Assembly (NCBI GenBank): GCA_964016885.1
Contig: OZ024740.1
Location: 744,001 to 808,000, forward strand
DNA: 64,000 nt
Origin: Eledone cirrhosa
Taxonomy: Eukaryota
Reading direction: 5' to 3'
Position numbers and translations under genes: made by a program. Within the stretch, counting starts at the first letter, position 1; each line of letters opens with the position of its first letter. This document shows, in pieces, positions 52,201 through 61,229 of this stretch. The notes under the pieces were generated by a model. That model saw only the letters and a program-made list of their open reading frames with translations, was not told where the DNA came from and ran no database searches.

Positions 52201-54157
52201 GATGGAGCAGGGAAGAGGGTGATAGGCTGTGGGCCTAGGGCAGGGCAGTGTTTGGGCTGCGCCCCACCGACAAAATAATGTGGAGAGTTGTCAAATTCTA
52301 AATACACATCAGAGCCATATATTCGTAAAAATTGATCAAATTTAACCTTCACACCTATATTATAAGCTGAGGCTGTAACTAATCTCAATGTTAAATATCA
52401 CTTAATGTCTCAAGTTTAAAATAAGAGACATTTCTTAACCTCTTCAGTGCCGTAGATGAGATAACTCATCCCAACATGTTTGAACTCTTTTCCAACAGTT
52501 CATAACTTCAAAGCTAGATGGAGTTACTAGTCTATTGATGTGACATTTGTCAATCAGTCAGATATGTGTTGTTAATAAATATTTGTTTTAAAAAAAGTGT
52601 CATTTTATTGGAAAAAAACCGGCACAGCAACTGTAGCTGTGTAAAATATACACAGCAGTCAACACAGCAACTGTAGCTGTGTAAAATATACACAGCAGTC
52701 AACACAGCAACTGTAGCTGTGTAAAATATACATGGCAGTCAACACAGCAACTGTAGCTGTGTAAAATATACACATCAGTCAACACAGCAACTGTAGCTGT
52801 GTAAAATATACACAGCAGTCAACACAGCAACTGTAGCTGAGTAAAATATACACAGCAGTCAACACAGCAACTGTAGCTGAGTAAAATATACACAGCAGTC
52901 AACACAGCAACTGTAGCTGTGTAAAATATACACAGCAGTCAGTGCAGCAACTGTAGCTGTGTAAAATATACACAGCAGTCAACACAGCAACTGTAGCTGA
53001 GTAAAATATACACAGCAGTCAACACAGCAACTGTAGTTGTGTAAAATATACATGGCAGTCAACACAGCAACTGTACCTGTGTAAAATATACACAGCAGTC
53101 GAAACAGCAACTGTAGCTGTGTAAAATATACACAGCAGTCAACACAGCAACTGTAGCTGTGTAAAATATACACAGCAGTCAACACAACAACTGTAGCTGA
53201 GTAAAATATACACAGCAGTCAACAGGTTAATTTCAGGATTAATTTTCAGTTGTTCAACCTGCTGCATCATATGTAAATGGTTCCAGAAGATAAGTGTTGT
53301 ATTTATCAGAAAAAAATCATCTTAGATACTATATAGTGTTATATCACCATTGTTGTGTATATCATATTTAAACCTCACCTGCCTTGCCATCACCTGCAGT
53401 AATGCTGCCAGTGTGTTTGCTTGCCTCAAAAATTTCCAATCTCCTTGTAGTGAGTGACTGATTGATCTACGTAGTATTGAATTGATGGGGGTTTTTTTCT
53501 CGCTTTGATTCTATATTTTTGTGCATTATGTTTATAAAGTTCCTAGCAGTAATTAATTGATTATATATGTGTGTACTTCTATTTAATCTTATTTATTTGT
53601 TATATGATTTTAAAATAAAATTGATTGTGAAAACATCATATACTATTTAAAACATTGTGAAAACATCATATTATAACCTATTTATACCATTATGATAACA
53701 TCATATTATATCCTATTTATTTAACCCAATGGATAGGCACTATCGGTTCAGCATCAGACACCATGCTTTGCAGCATGAGTTGTGGCCCTATCTAGTCCGA
53801 GTTCAAATCCCACCGAGGTTAGCTTTGCCTTTTGTCCTTATAGGGTCGATAAAATAAAGTACCAGTAATGCACTGGAGTAATTGCTGGCCTTGTGCCAAA
53901 AGAAGAAACAATTATATTTTATTTATACCAATATGATAACATTATGTTGTATCCTATTTATACCATTGTAATAACATCATAATATATCTTATTTATACCA
54001 TTGTAAAACATCATGTATCCTATTTATACCATTGTAATAACATCATGTTGTATCCTATTTATCTCATAAGGCTATCTATTGGAAGTGAAAATTCCTAAAA
54101 ATGCAGTCAATATCAAATTTAAACTTTCTGACTCAACTAAAGGTTATCTCATGATTT
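12978..54157 (+). CDS. ADAMTS-family zinc metalloprotease, partial multi-exon gene (16 exons, ~687 aa)
   Basis: All 15 introns are GT-AG with matching phases and no stops in the joined frame. Domain order is prodomain, reprolysin, disintegrin-like, TSP1, Cys-rich, spacer. Confidence 0.92.
14047..14305. repeat. 11-bp minisatellite (ATGACACTGTT)
   Basis: Direct tandem copies. Confidence 0.95.
14364..14511 (+). CDS. ADAMTS exon B (prodomain, furin-like RHRR)
   Basis: cattag|EGTMLINKNEMLVKSLPEHLHRRHRRS..|gtaagt, phase 1. Confidence 0.85.
14602..15730 (+). mobile_element. RTE LINE, internally deleted
   Basis: NCYKGKGDAL, GVHQGSVLSP, LYADD, with stops. Confidence 0.9.
15908..16273. repeat. Near-perfect palindrome with ~175-bp arms
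   Basis: 15908-16082 versus 16099-16273; the ORF track shows the same peptide on both strands. Confidence 0.95.
17160..17500 (+). mobile_element. CR1-like LINE 3' end
   Basis: Similar to 6340-6800. Other copies at ~33790-34180, 34315-34550, 58425-59080. Confidence 0.8.
17571..17773 (+). CDS. ADAMTS exon C (end of prodomain, start of catalytic domain)
   Basis: ttcattag|..KKRR..LTIEIAVYVDSVL..YNA|gtaagt, phase 0. Confidence 0.87.
19064..19150 (+). CDS. ADAMTS exon D
   Basis: aag|VQYEYWRERLTDLHITIQLKKILFFIEDP|gtgagt. Confidence 0.8.
19434..20103 (-). mobile_element. RTE LINE 3' end
   Basis: RRLRWYGHV..GRPRKTWD; (GAT)n tail. Confidence 0.88.
20341..20830. repeat. ~45-bp minisatellite
   Basis: GAGTCATGTACCAGGAGAGTCCCACATGTTTGAGGAATAACACACACT-like units. 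Confidence 0.92.
20920..21023 (+). CDS. ADAMTS exon E
   Basis: tttttag|..ILESFCSWQ..YDHVMLLS|gtaaat, phase 2; matches the ADAMTS SFCxWQ/HDxAILLT motifs. Confidence 0.9.
22030..22158 (+). CDS. ADAMTS exon F (HExxH)
   Basis: acag|..GRAYRPGVCRSSLHCAVNNE..EAHELGH|gtaagt, phase 2. Confidence 0.92.
22288..23267 (-). mobile_element. RTE LINE 3' part
   Basis: ORF 22675..23106; closely matches the reverse complement of ~47230-48200. Confidence 0.9.
23280..24570 (+). mobile_element. Penelope-like remnant (Neptune-type), between (TA)n runs
   Basis: ICRLCS..FTWRGYP thumb-like motif, PCSRPRCHTCP zinc knuckle, pyrimidine-rich 3' region, hammerhead core at the end. Confidence 0.75.
24452..24490 (+). ncRNA. 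Minimal type-I hammerhead ribozyme motif
   Basis: CTGATGA-AGGAC-TTAT-GTCC-GAAA-CG-TC. Palindromic stem III (ACGT); stem I weak. Confidence 0.7.
24581..25425. mobile_element. RTE 3' UTR (-) followed by a degenerate RTE fragment (+)
   Basis: (CAT)n-CGTTTAACGTCC tail, then GWRKFRELLPLL-like sequence. Confidence 0.75.
26589..26720. repeat. (TTC)n microsatellite, probably the tail of a - strand LINE fragment (26720-27550)
   Basis: Direct. A related fragment lies at 48790-49145; an RTE 3' end is nested at 26896-27437. Confidence 0.85.
27843..28473 (-). mobile_element. Non-autonomous Helitron-like element with internal CT-rich repeats
   Basis: - strand begins a|TCTATATAT and ends CTAG|t; subterminal hairpin GTGAA-AAAA-TTCAC. 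Confidence 0.7.
28593..28718 (+). CDS. ADAMTS exon G (third zinc His and Met-turn)
   Basis: ccag|(N)LGMAHSDETIKC..GVMG..WSSCSRESL|gtaagt, phase 2. Confidence 0.93.
28719..29035 (+). repeat. 40-bp minisatellite starting with the splice donor GTAAGT (8 copies)
   Basis: GTAAGT at 28719, 28759 ... 28999. Confidence 0.95.
29036..29571 (+). repeat. C-rich minisatellite containing the splice acceptor TTCTCTTCACAG|TAACCACC (7 copies)
   Basis: AG ending at 29082, 29150, 29236, 29303, 29368, 29469, 29563. Confidence 0.93.
29564..29658 (+). CDS. ADAMTS exon H
   Basis: ttcacag|NHQAECLFQE..GLLP(G)|gtcagt, phase 1. Confidence 0.88.
29690..29998. repeat. (CAC)n/(CAT)n microsatellite
   Basis: Direct. Confidence 0.95.
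30801..31034. repeat. Imperfect palindrome, MITE-like
   Basis: CAAGCAAACAGCCTCATTAC..TTGTTCTAG versus CTAGAACAA..GTAATGAGGCTGTTTGCTTG. Confidence 0.85.
31119..31204 (+). CDS. ADAMTS exon I (disintegrin-like)
   Basis: ccctag|GLYLTPDDTCELNYGPG..H|gtaaat. Confidence 0.85.
31271..31500. repeat. ~40-bp minisatellite
   Basis: ACTAGTGCTGTGTTTTATACATTGTCAAAATAATACAGCT, about 6 copies. Confidence 0.95.
31747..31960. repeat. 42-bp minisatellite
   Basis: AGTTTCTCTTGTTGAATCTTTTCATAGCTACCATGTACTCCA, 5 copies. Confidence 0.95.
32249..32356 (+). CDS. ADAMTS exon J
   Basis: tttcag|TECKFHSC..AGAYCGQNM|gtaagt. Confidence 0.87.
32341..32985 (+). repeat. 38-bp minisatellite spanning the exon J/intron junction (17 copies)
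   Basis: TTGTGGTCAGAACATG|GTAAGTTCATCTAAACACACAA. Confidence 0.95.
33016..33705 (+). mobile_element. RTE LINE 3' end with duplicated tail
   Basis: GRPKKTWDEV; (GAT)n tails. Confidence 0.85.
34620..35398 (-). mobile_element. RTE LINE 3' fragment ending ~30 nt before the exon K acceptor
   Basis: ORF 34655..35281. Confidence 0.9.
35430..35593 (+). CDS. ADAMTS exon K (TSP1 repeat)
   Basis: tttcag|[39 protein letters not shown]|gtaagt. Confidence 0.95.
35730..36425. repeat. Variable ~45-50-bp minisatellite
   Basis: GTGTTAAAATAATTGTAGAGACTGGTGTATAAGGTTTGGTATGTT units. Confidence 0.92.
36532..36592 (+). CDS. ADAMTS exon L (end of TSP1)
   Basis: tttcag|PLNSPQCKGQQYSSVACTGK|gtagga. Confidence 0.87.
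37402..37460 (-). ncRNA. Type-I hammerhead ribozyme motif
   Basis: ATAC-CTGATGA-..CCGGATTC-ATACG-GAACCCGG..-GAAA-TGATCA-TA-GTAT. Stem I ATAC/GTAT; palindromic stem III ATGATCAT. Confidence 0.8.
38578..40292 (-). mobile_element. RTE LINE, 5'-truncated, uninterrupted 470-aa RT ORF (38879..40291)
   Basis: Full RT motifs without stops; (GAT)n tail. Confidence 0.95.
41617..41743 (+). CDS. ADAMTS exon M (Cys-rich domain start)
   Basis: ttgtag|PCSRREPIH..DLCQRF..FGS|gtagag, phase 1. The donor is less certain. Confidence 0.75.
41830..42192 (+). mobile_element. CRE-like non-LTR retrotransposon 3' fragment (restriction-like endonuclease)
   Basis: EPIAV..VLGP..LFQRVSLTILQGNAFSIL. Second copy at ~54580-54790 (VETSGVLGP). 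Confidence 0.65.
42795..42850. mobile_element. Tiny Tc1-like inverted-repeat remnant
   Basis: CAGGGTGTCCCAAAAAA..TTTTTTGGAACATCTTG-TA. Related end at ~56190-56232. Confidence 0.55.
42882..43051 (+). CDS. ADAMTS exon N (Cys-rich)
   Basis: atcag|..CEVICH..LPDGTPC..ICINGACE|gtaagt. Confidence 0.92.
43392..43693. mobile_element. hAT-like MITE, degenerate
   Basis: AGGCTGGTTTTA...TAAATCCGACTCTG ends with GGCCCC subterminal motifs. Confidence 0.5.
44288..44872 (-). mobile_element. Non-autonomous Helitron-like element
   Basis: - strand a|TCTATATAT...CTAG|t; subterminal hairpin CCCGGCGTTGCACGGG; internal ~170-bp duplication; (TACA)n. Confidence 0.75.
45228..48203 (+). mobile_element. Near full-length RTE LINE (APE endonuclease + RT), frameshifted
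   Basis: AGDLNGHVG, NQIDYIL, SQHRL (APE); FVDLEKAFD, LYADD (RT); (GAT)n tail. Confidence 0.93.
48267..48661 (-). mobile_element. 334-nt retrozyme-like unit with partial tandem repeat
   Basis: 48267-48327 recurs at 48601-48661; a hammerhead lies inside; no ORF. Confidence 0.65.
48390..48431 (-). ncRNA. Minimal type-I hammerhead ribozyme motif
   Basis: CCATC-CTGATGA-AGG-CCAATCAAA-CCT-GAAA-TGCA-TA-GACGG. Confidence 0.82.
49647..49764 (+). CDS. ADAMTS exon O (end of Cys-rich)
   Basis: tttcag|[31 protein letters not shown]..|gtaagt. Confidence 0.95.
51306..51685. repeat. 63-bp minisatellite, 6 copies
   Basis: CTGAGCACCCTTAACTTAGGGAGATTCAGC... Confidence 0.95.
51782..51968. mobile_element. hAT-type MITE
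   Basis: TIR CAGGCATGT/ACATGCCTG; 8-bp TSD CCTTAAAC/CCTTAACC. Confidence 0.8.
52621..53224. repeat. 40-bp minisatellite, ~15 copies
   Basis: AACACAGCAACTGTAGCTGTGTAAAATATACACAGCAGTC. Confidence 0.95.
54071..54157 (+). CDS. ADAMTS exon P (spacer domain start)
   Basis: cataag|(G)YLLEVKIPKNAVNIKF..GYLMI|gtaagt; matches spacer GY..IP.GA.NI. Confidence 0.88.
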
Positions 54158-54168
54158 GTAAGTATTGT

Positions 54169-54471
54169 TTAACCATTTAGTATTTACATTACTCTACATA
54201 TACTACTATATTTTCATGGTAAGGGCTTTACCTCACAATTATCTCACATAATATCTCACATAACATTTACATTACTCTATATATATACTACTATATTTTT
54301 ACGGTAAGGGCTTTACCTCACATAATATCTCACATATCAAATCTATGAGATTTTGATATTATTTATTTTGAGAACAATACCTTAACATCAGTATGAGCAG
54401 CTGGTTACAGCCAGTTTGAACAGAAAGAGAATTCTGGCTGGATATAGCTGGTTTAAATAGTAAAGGGTTAA
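54169..54471. mobile_element. TTAA-flanked piggyBac-like MITE
   Basis: TTAA-CCATTTAGTATTTA...TAAATAGTAAAGGG-TTAA. A split copy has ends at ~32993 and ~34318. Confidence 0.65.
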
Positions 54472-55089
54472 TCCTTCTGGGTCAATAAAATAAAGTACTA
54501 GTCAAGTACTAGAATTGATTTCATTGATCCCCCCACACACACGCACTCAAGATTACTGGCTTTGTGCCAAGATTAGAAATAATAGTGGAGACTTCTGGTG
54601 TCCTTGGCCCTAGGACCACCTCCCTACTCCCAACCATCAGCATGGGGTTGGCTACCTGCTGCTGTGTGAGCTGGAATGTATCTTTCAATGTACCTCCCTC
54701 ACCATCCCCCAAGGAGACACCTTTGCTATTCTGTCTGCCGGGGGGGGGGGGACTGGCAGCCTGTGTGTGGGCTCCCATTTCCTTCAAATAATTGTTTCTA
54801 CTTTTGACACAAGGACAGCAATTACCCAATGTATTATTGGTACTTTATTTTATCGACCCCATAAGGATGAAAGGCAAAGTTAACCTCGGCGGGATTTGAA
54901 CTCAGAATGGAAAGGGCCATAACTCTTTTGCATCAAAGCATGGCATCCGACCCTCTACCGATACGGCAGAGTGAGAGAGATGGAGGCAGAGAGTGAAAGA
55001 GAGAGAGAACACTTGACAAGACAAAGAAAGTTGAGAAAAGTTAACTAAGTGATCACTAGGAGTACATATTTAGCATCCTTACCCCTTTA

Positions 55090-55472
55090 GAATTTACATT
55101 ACTCTATATTTACGTTACTCTAAGTTACATTACTCTATATTTACACTACTCTATATTTACATTACTCTATAATTACATTACTCTATAATTACATTACTCT
55201 ATATTTACACTACTCTATATTTACATTACTCTATATTTACTTTACTATATAATTACATTACTCTATATTTACACTACTCTATAATTACATTACTCTAAAT
55301 TTACACTACTCTATAATTAGATTACTCTATATTTACACTACTCTAAATTTACACTACTCTATATTTACATTATTTATATTTACACTACTCTATATTTACA
55401 TTACTCTATATTTATATTACTCTATATTTACGTTACTCTATATTTACACTACTCTATATTTACATTACTCTA
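55090..55472. repeat. 16-bp satellite (TACTCTATATTTACAY), left part
   Basis: Direct. Confidence 0.95.
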
Positions 55473-55623
55473 TCTGTTAGAACACGAAAAGTGTGAAACA
55501 ACAGAATGTTCACTTTTCGTGTTCTAATATATATGCCTAACATCTTCATAAATTTTTCGGGGATAGCCGTGGTGGTGGTGATCGTATGTCATTGGCTAAT
55601 TTTCAACCAATCAGAGTAAGTGT

Positions 55624-55673
<50 letters not shown>

Positions 55674-56998
55674 TATTCCCCCTCTCTCTATATATATCTT
55701 ACGCTTTCGCTTTACACTCCTCCCCTTCAATAACACATTTCCCCCTCTCTATATATCTCTTCCACTGTTACTTACGCCTGTTTCTCTCTATCTGTTCCGT
55801 CTCTATATATATCTCTCTTACTCTTTCGCTTTGCACTCCTCCCCTTCAATACCATCTCTCCCCCTCTCTATATATTTGTTACTCTATCGCTGCACGCTCC
55901 TCTCCTTCAATATATCAATTACACACGCTTTACACTCCTTTATCCCCAGCGCCCCTATATATACACCCCCTCCCGCATCTATATTTTAATGTTCCGTTGC
56001 ACCGTGAATATATGTGTCTATATATATATATATACATATATATTGTATATACACATTCATGTATGTGTATACACACTCATGTATGTATATACACTGGTTT
56101 TATGTGTGTATTGTAAATTTGTACTGTTAAAACACGAAACTAACATTCGATTGACACTTTGATTACCTGTACAGGCAATAGTTATTAGAATGCTGTTGAA
56201 GTGTGTATATATTTTTGGGGGACATCCTGTATATACACACATTATATATAATACAATAAACAGATAAATACACACATATATATATGAGCTTATTTAATTA
56301 TAAATATTGTGAATTTTTAACTCAGTTCAATTATATATATAAATGGCTTCTACAGGACTAGAACTGTTTCATTCGAAAGAAATCATCATAATATTGAGAG
56401 GGGGGACTAGATAAAATATTTCAAATCAAATGTGTATAAGTTATAAGTTAAAATGTATAAATAGAGACGATAGTGGAGGTATATCTGTTTAGTGGAACAG
56501 TAGACGATAGAATTAAATACAGACGAGAATCTCCCTTTAATGAAACAGCAGACGATAGAATTAAGGCAATTTAAATTTTAAGCATTTGCATTTCATCGTT
56601 ACGGGGTCGATAAAATAAAGTACCAGTAATACACTGTCACTATAAGTAGACGACTTTCAAATTGAATTGTTGGTTCCATTTCTTTAGTATTTTCAATTGT
56701 AGTTATCTACTTAAAAAGCGTTACACGGTTAGAGACATAATTGGTAAGTTATATCTTCCCTATTAAACCATTGCATTATTTCGCCTACAATAGAACAAAA
56801 ATGAAATGTTCTTTAAAGAAACAGGAATATAACTTTATAAAAAAAAAAGTTGCATCCGCTTCTTTTATCATTGATAATTTTTTCGTTTTAATATTAATTG
56901 TTTTTTGTAGTTGTTTATATTAAAAATCTTACTGTAATATTTACTTAAACGAAGGCAGACATCTAAACTTATAGATTAATCTTGAGCGAAGGACTAGA

Positions 56999-57081
<83 letters not shown>

Positions 57082-57572
57082 GAAGAATGATAACATTTCA
57101 AGCAAAGAGTTTAATTAGGTAATGACTTACAAATTTGTTTCAGTATATATTTAATATAATATTAATATATTTTGTAATATTATTAACTAATTATTATAAT
57201 TAGCGCTTCAGGCTTTGTCTATATACTGAAACAAATTTGTAAGTCATTACCTAATTAAACTCTTTGCTTGAAATTTTATCACTCTTCGTTTTGAATTTCT
57301 CCTAAGTATTCAATACTCTGTTGAGAAATACATTTTACATAAACAGTCTTTGTACCATTTATACGGTATTAATTACTTATATTTATATATATATATATAT
57401 ATATAGCGTATGATTAGAACTGTGTTTATTATTAATATTTTAATGGATTTAATGAAAAATTTTAGGTGTTCATATATATATTCTAAAAATGCGCGAAATC
57501 GTGAATCCGCGATAGTTGAACCGCCAAGTAGCGAGGTATCACTGTATATATGTTTAAATATATAGTGTAGCT

Positions 57573-58037
57573 GTGATGTATCTCGCGAGTGAATCGAGAC
57601 CTGTCACTGATTTTGGTGTCCCCACTGCCGATGTGAATGAGCAACGCTGCACTTGTGAATTGGGTCTTGATGTTGCAGGCAGTTCATATACTTACAATGA
57701 TGCGGTCCCACAAGCTTGTTCACATTCCTGTGCTAATAATCTAGATGGGCGTATTAAATTGGATGTGAAAGCAGCTTACCGGATGCGGAATCGGGAGAAG
57801 TTGAGACAAAAACAGGCCGATTATAGAGCTGTGAATTTTGCTAAATTAACACAAAAACAGGCCAAGTATAGATGTTCAAAACGGAATGAGTTGGCAAACA
57901 AGCAGGCCAAGTATAGATCTGCAAATTCAGCTATTATATCTCAAAAGCAAGCCGAGCGTAGAGCTTCTAAACGTACCGAGTTGGCTAAAGAGCAGACCGA
58001 GTACAGATCTGCAAATATCTTATTGCACAAACAATAA
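57573..58037 (+). other. ORF with degenerate 14-aa basic repeats, inside the Helitron-like element
   Basis: KQADYRAVNFAKLT/QKQAKYRCSKRNEL/ANKQAKYRSANSAI...; product unknown. Confidence 0.4.
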
Positions 58038-60891
58038 TTCTGCACAAATGTTGCTCCATTATTTTGGCAGTATTGGTAGAGGGTCGGATGCCATACTTTC
58101 CAGCATAGTTACGTCCCTTTACGATCTGAGTTCAAATCCTGCCGAGGTTGACTTTGCCTTTCATCCTTACGGGGTAGATAAAATAAAGTACCAGTAATGC
58201 ACTGGGTAATTGCTGGCCTTGTGCCTAAAGTAGAAACAATTATTAGATCTAATGTTGCAACGATACAGTTAAATGTTGTCTGTGTATTTTAAAAAAGATT
58301 TGCTTATAATCTTTTCAAATTTCATTACGCCAATGATTCAAGCTCAAATTGACATTATCTAAAAAATTGTACAAACAGCGGTGGATTAGCAGTAGTGAAC
58401 AGATAAATCAGTCAATTTATTAAGATTGACTTGGCATCAATCAGCAAGACCTTCATTAGCTGCTCTCCAGCCATCTATTTAAAGCTGTATACATCTATGG
58501 TACGAATACACTTGGAGTTCGCGTCATCAGTCTGGAACCCCTATCTTGCTCAGAACATTGACCTCCTGGAAACTGTTCAGAGACATGCAACCAAGCGCAT
58601 ACCCTCCATCAGACACCTACCATACCCTGAATATTTTGCTTCCCTCTGGCAATGGACTTGGTAAACACCCACAAAGTTATTAACCATCCGACCAACAACA
58701 ACCCCGAACACCTTTTTGATCTCCATGTGTCTAACACGTGGACATGCCTACAAAGTCAGAAAACAACACAGCTCCCATGACTTTAGGAAATATTTCTTCA
58801 TGCTCAGAGTTGCTGAAGGATGGAACAAACTTCCTGCATCAGTTGTTAGCTGATGACACACTGCATCCTTTAAAACCATCATACATTCCGAAATACACCA
58901 AAACTACACCTGATGTCCCCTTCCATACACATGCACATATGTGTATATCATGACTCATGCACTGTTCTTTTTTCCTGACGTTTTTATATTACCCTATGTA
59001 TTATATATGCACTTTTGATGAGTTGTAGTGCACCTCAGCATTGTACACAATATTTTCATTATTATTATCATTATTATTATTACACTCATTGATCCATTTT
59101 GCACTAACTCTGCATCAAGCACCCTCACCTAAATATTAACCAATCAAGGATCCAATACAGCTATCTGTTGGATGAGTATTGTATAGTGCCAAAAACGAAA
59201 CCAATCAGTTTAACAGAAAGTTTCCAGACAAGAAACACGCATATTTTGCTATCCTCAAACACGTTTACACATGGCATGAAATATAACTAATCCGAGATGG
59301 CTAGGTTTCATCTTCTAACTGGATATACGAAATCCATTATGTCTTGACAACAACATGAGGTAACATTATGTTATTCACAGACACACTTTGTACACTGTTC
59401 CATATCAGAATGTATTTCCTTCGTCACATTCACAAACAGTATTGAAAATATGTTCTTCGGCAAATAAAAATGTTTTGTTCATAATATTTCAACTAGCGAT
59501 TGCTCTACTCCACGCACGACCACCATAAATTAATGACCAGCTCAACACAAGTATTGGTAGAGCGTCAGACACCATGCTTTGCAGTATTGTTATGGTCCTT
59601 TGCATTCTAAGTTCAAATCCTGCCGAGGTTAACTTCGACTTTCATACTTACTAATTCGATAAAATAAAGTACCAGTAATGGACTGCCGTAATGGATTTGT
59701 GCCGAAAAATAGAAACACTATTAATGTGCAATAAGAGCAAAATATAACGACATTGCTCAATTATTTTATCTAATGTTGTAATAACACAAGGAAATGTTGT
59801 TTGTGTATTTTTTTATATATTTGCTCATAGGCTTTTACAATTTCGCTCAGCCAACAACTATTAAAAAGTGAGTTGCTTAAGATAACAATTTAATCACAAA
59901 TTGTTGCTATCTTTTAATACACTCCAACAAGTCATCAAATTATGTACAATAAAAACAAATCTTATTAATTTGCTCAGGGAATATAAAGAAAATGTATATA
60001 CACTGATAATTGCAATTGTATGTAAATATTTTGTTTTTGTATTGTTTATTTTATGTTTTCTATTATGTATAATATATTGATTTAATATTGATTGTTTTTT
60101 GTAGTTGTTTATATTAAAAGTCTGAAAATATTTTTATACATCTTACACTAATATTTATAAGATAATTTATAATAACAATTACATAATCTAATTACATTAC
60201 AACGATAATTTATTATTAATATATATCCTCTTTAACTAGAGTTATTACAAGCGTTGCCTTAAAAAAATATTAAACTAGACATGAAAAATGCGCAAGCTCA
60301 AAAGTGCCACAGAATGTTATAATAAACCTTCAAAAGTGTGGGACTAGAGTTGTTGCTAAAAAATATTGTAATCATTATATATCGTACATTCTGTGGCATC
60401 CTTTATAAAAATAGCTTAAACCAACGAAGCCTTTATTTTTACGCTATTTCACTTAGTTAATTCTTAGAGTGTAACATATAAAAATAAATACATCTATGTT
60501 TAATGTAATAACAGCTATAAATAATTACGTAATATTATTATCATATACTCATAGTAACAAAATAATTGTGTTGAAAATTAATATGATGCTTATATGAACG
60601 ATCAAATCTATAATGATAATTTCTTAAATATACTAATAGTAAAATAATTTAGTTATCTATTGTTACATTTTCATAGAACTATAATATTAACAATCGTATT
60701 GCATTATCAAATTTTTATCACTACAAACTTTCATATTGGAATTACCTTAAGCCACTTATTATTACTTCGCTTTCGTACTTTTACAGCTGTAGATATTGCG
60801 CTGTATCTTATATCTAATATCAATATCTCATGGTAATTTGCATGCAGTGTAAAATAGGTTTATTAATAACTTTAATATGAAATGTATTATA

Positions 60892-60979
60892 CAGGGCTGC
60901 GGAGTCGGCCAAAAATTGACTGGCTCCAACTCAGGATCCGATATTCCATTATTTCCTAAATTTCAGCTCCGCAGCTCTG
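60892..60979. mobile_element. Mini hAT-type MITE
   Basis: CAGGGCTGCGGAG...CTCCGCAGCTCTG; 8-bp TSD GTATTATA/TTATTATA. Confidence 0.7.
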
Positions 60980-61229
60980 TTATTATATTAATTAATTTAT
61001 TTTATAGTTGTAAATCATAATTTTATATGTTACACTCTAAGAATTAACTAAGTGAAATAGCGTAAAAATAAAGGCTTCGTTGGTTTAACCTATTTTTATA
61101 AAGGATGCCACAGAATGTACGATATATAATGATTACAATATTTTTTAGCAACAACTCTAGTCCCACACTTTTGAAGGTTTATTATAACATTCTGTGGCAC
61201 CTTTGAGCTTGCGCATTTTTCATGTCTAG

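Larger units (their letters stand above)
55473..61229 (+). mobile_element. Helitron-like composite element, 5757 bp, inserted into the satellite
   Basis: 5'-TC...CTAG-3' between A and T with no TSD. Removing it restores the satellite unit TACTCTA|TAATTACATTA. Confidence 0.75.

Noticed and set aside
28719-53224. Regular 38-63-bp repeat arrays resembling CRISPR
   Set aside because: Units are head-to-tail with no unique spacers, there are no cas genes, and the context is eukaryotic introns; these are minisatellites.
53250-53295. Possible exon after ttttcag
   Set aside because: No convincing donor and no domain similarity.
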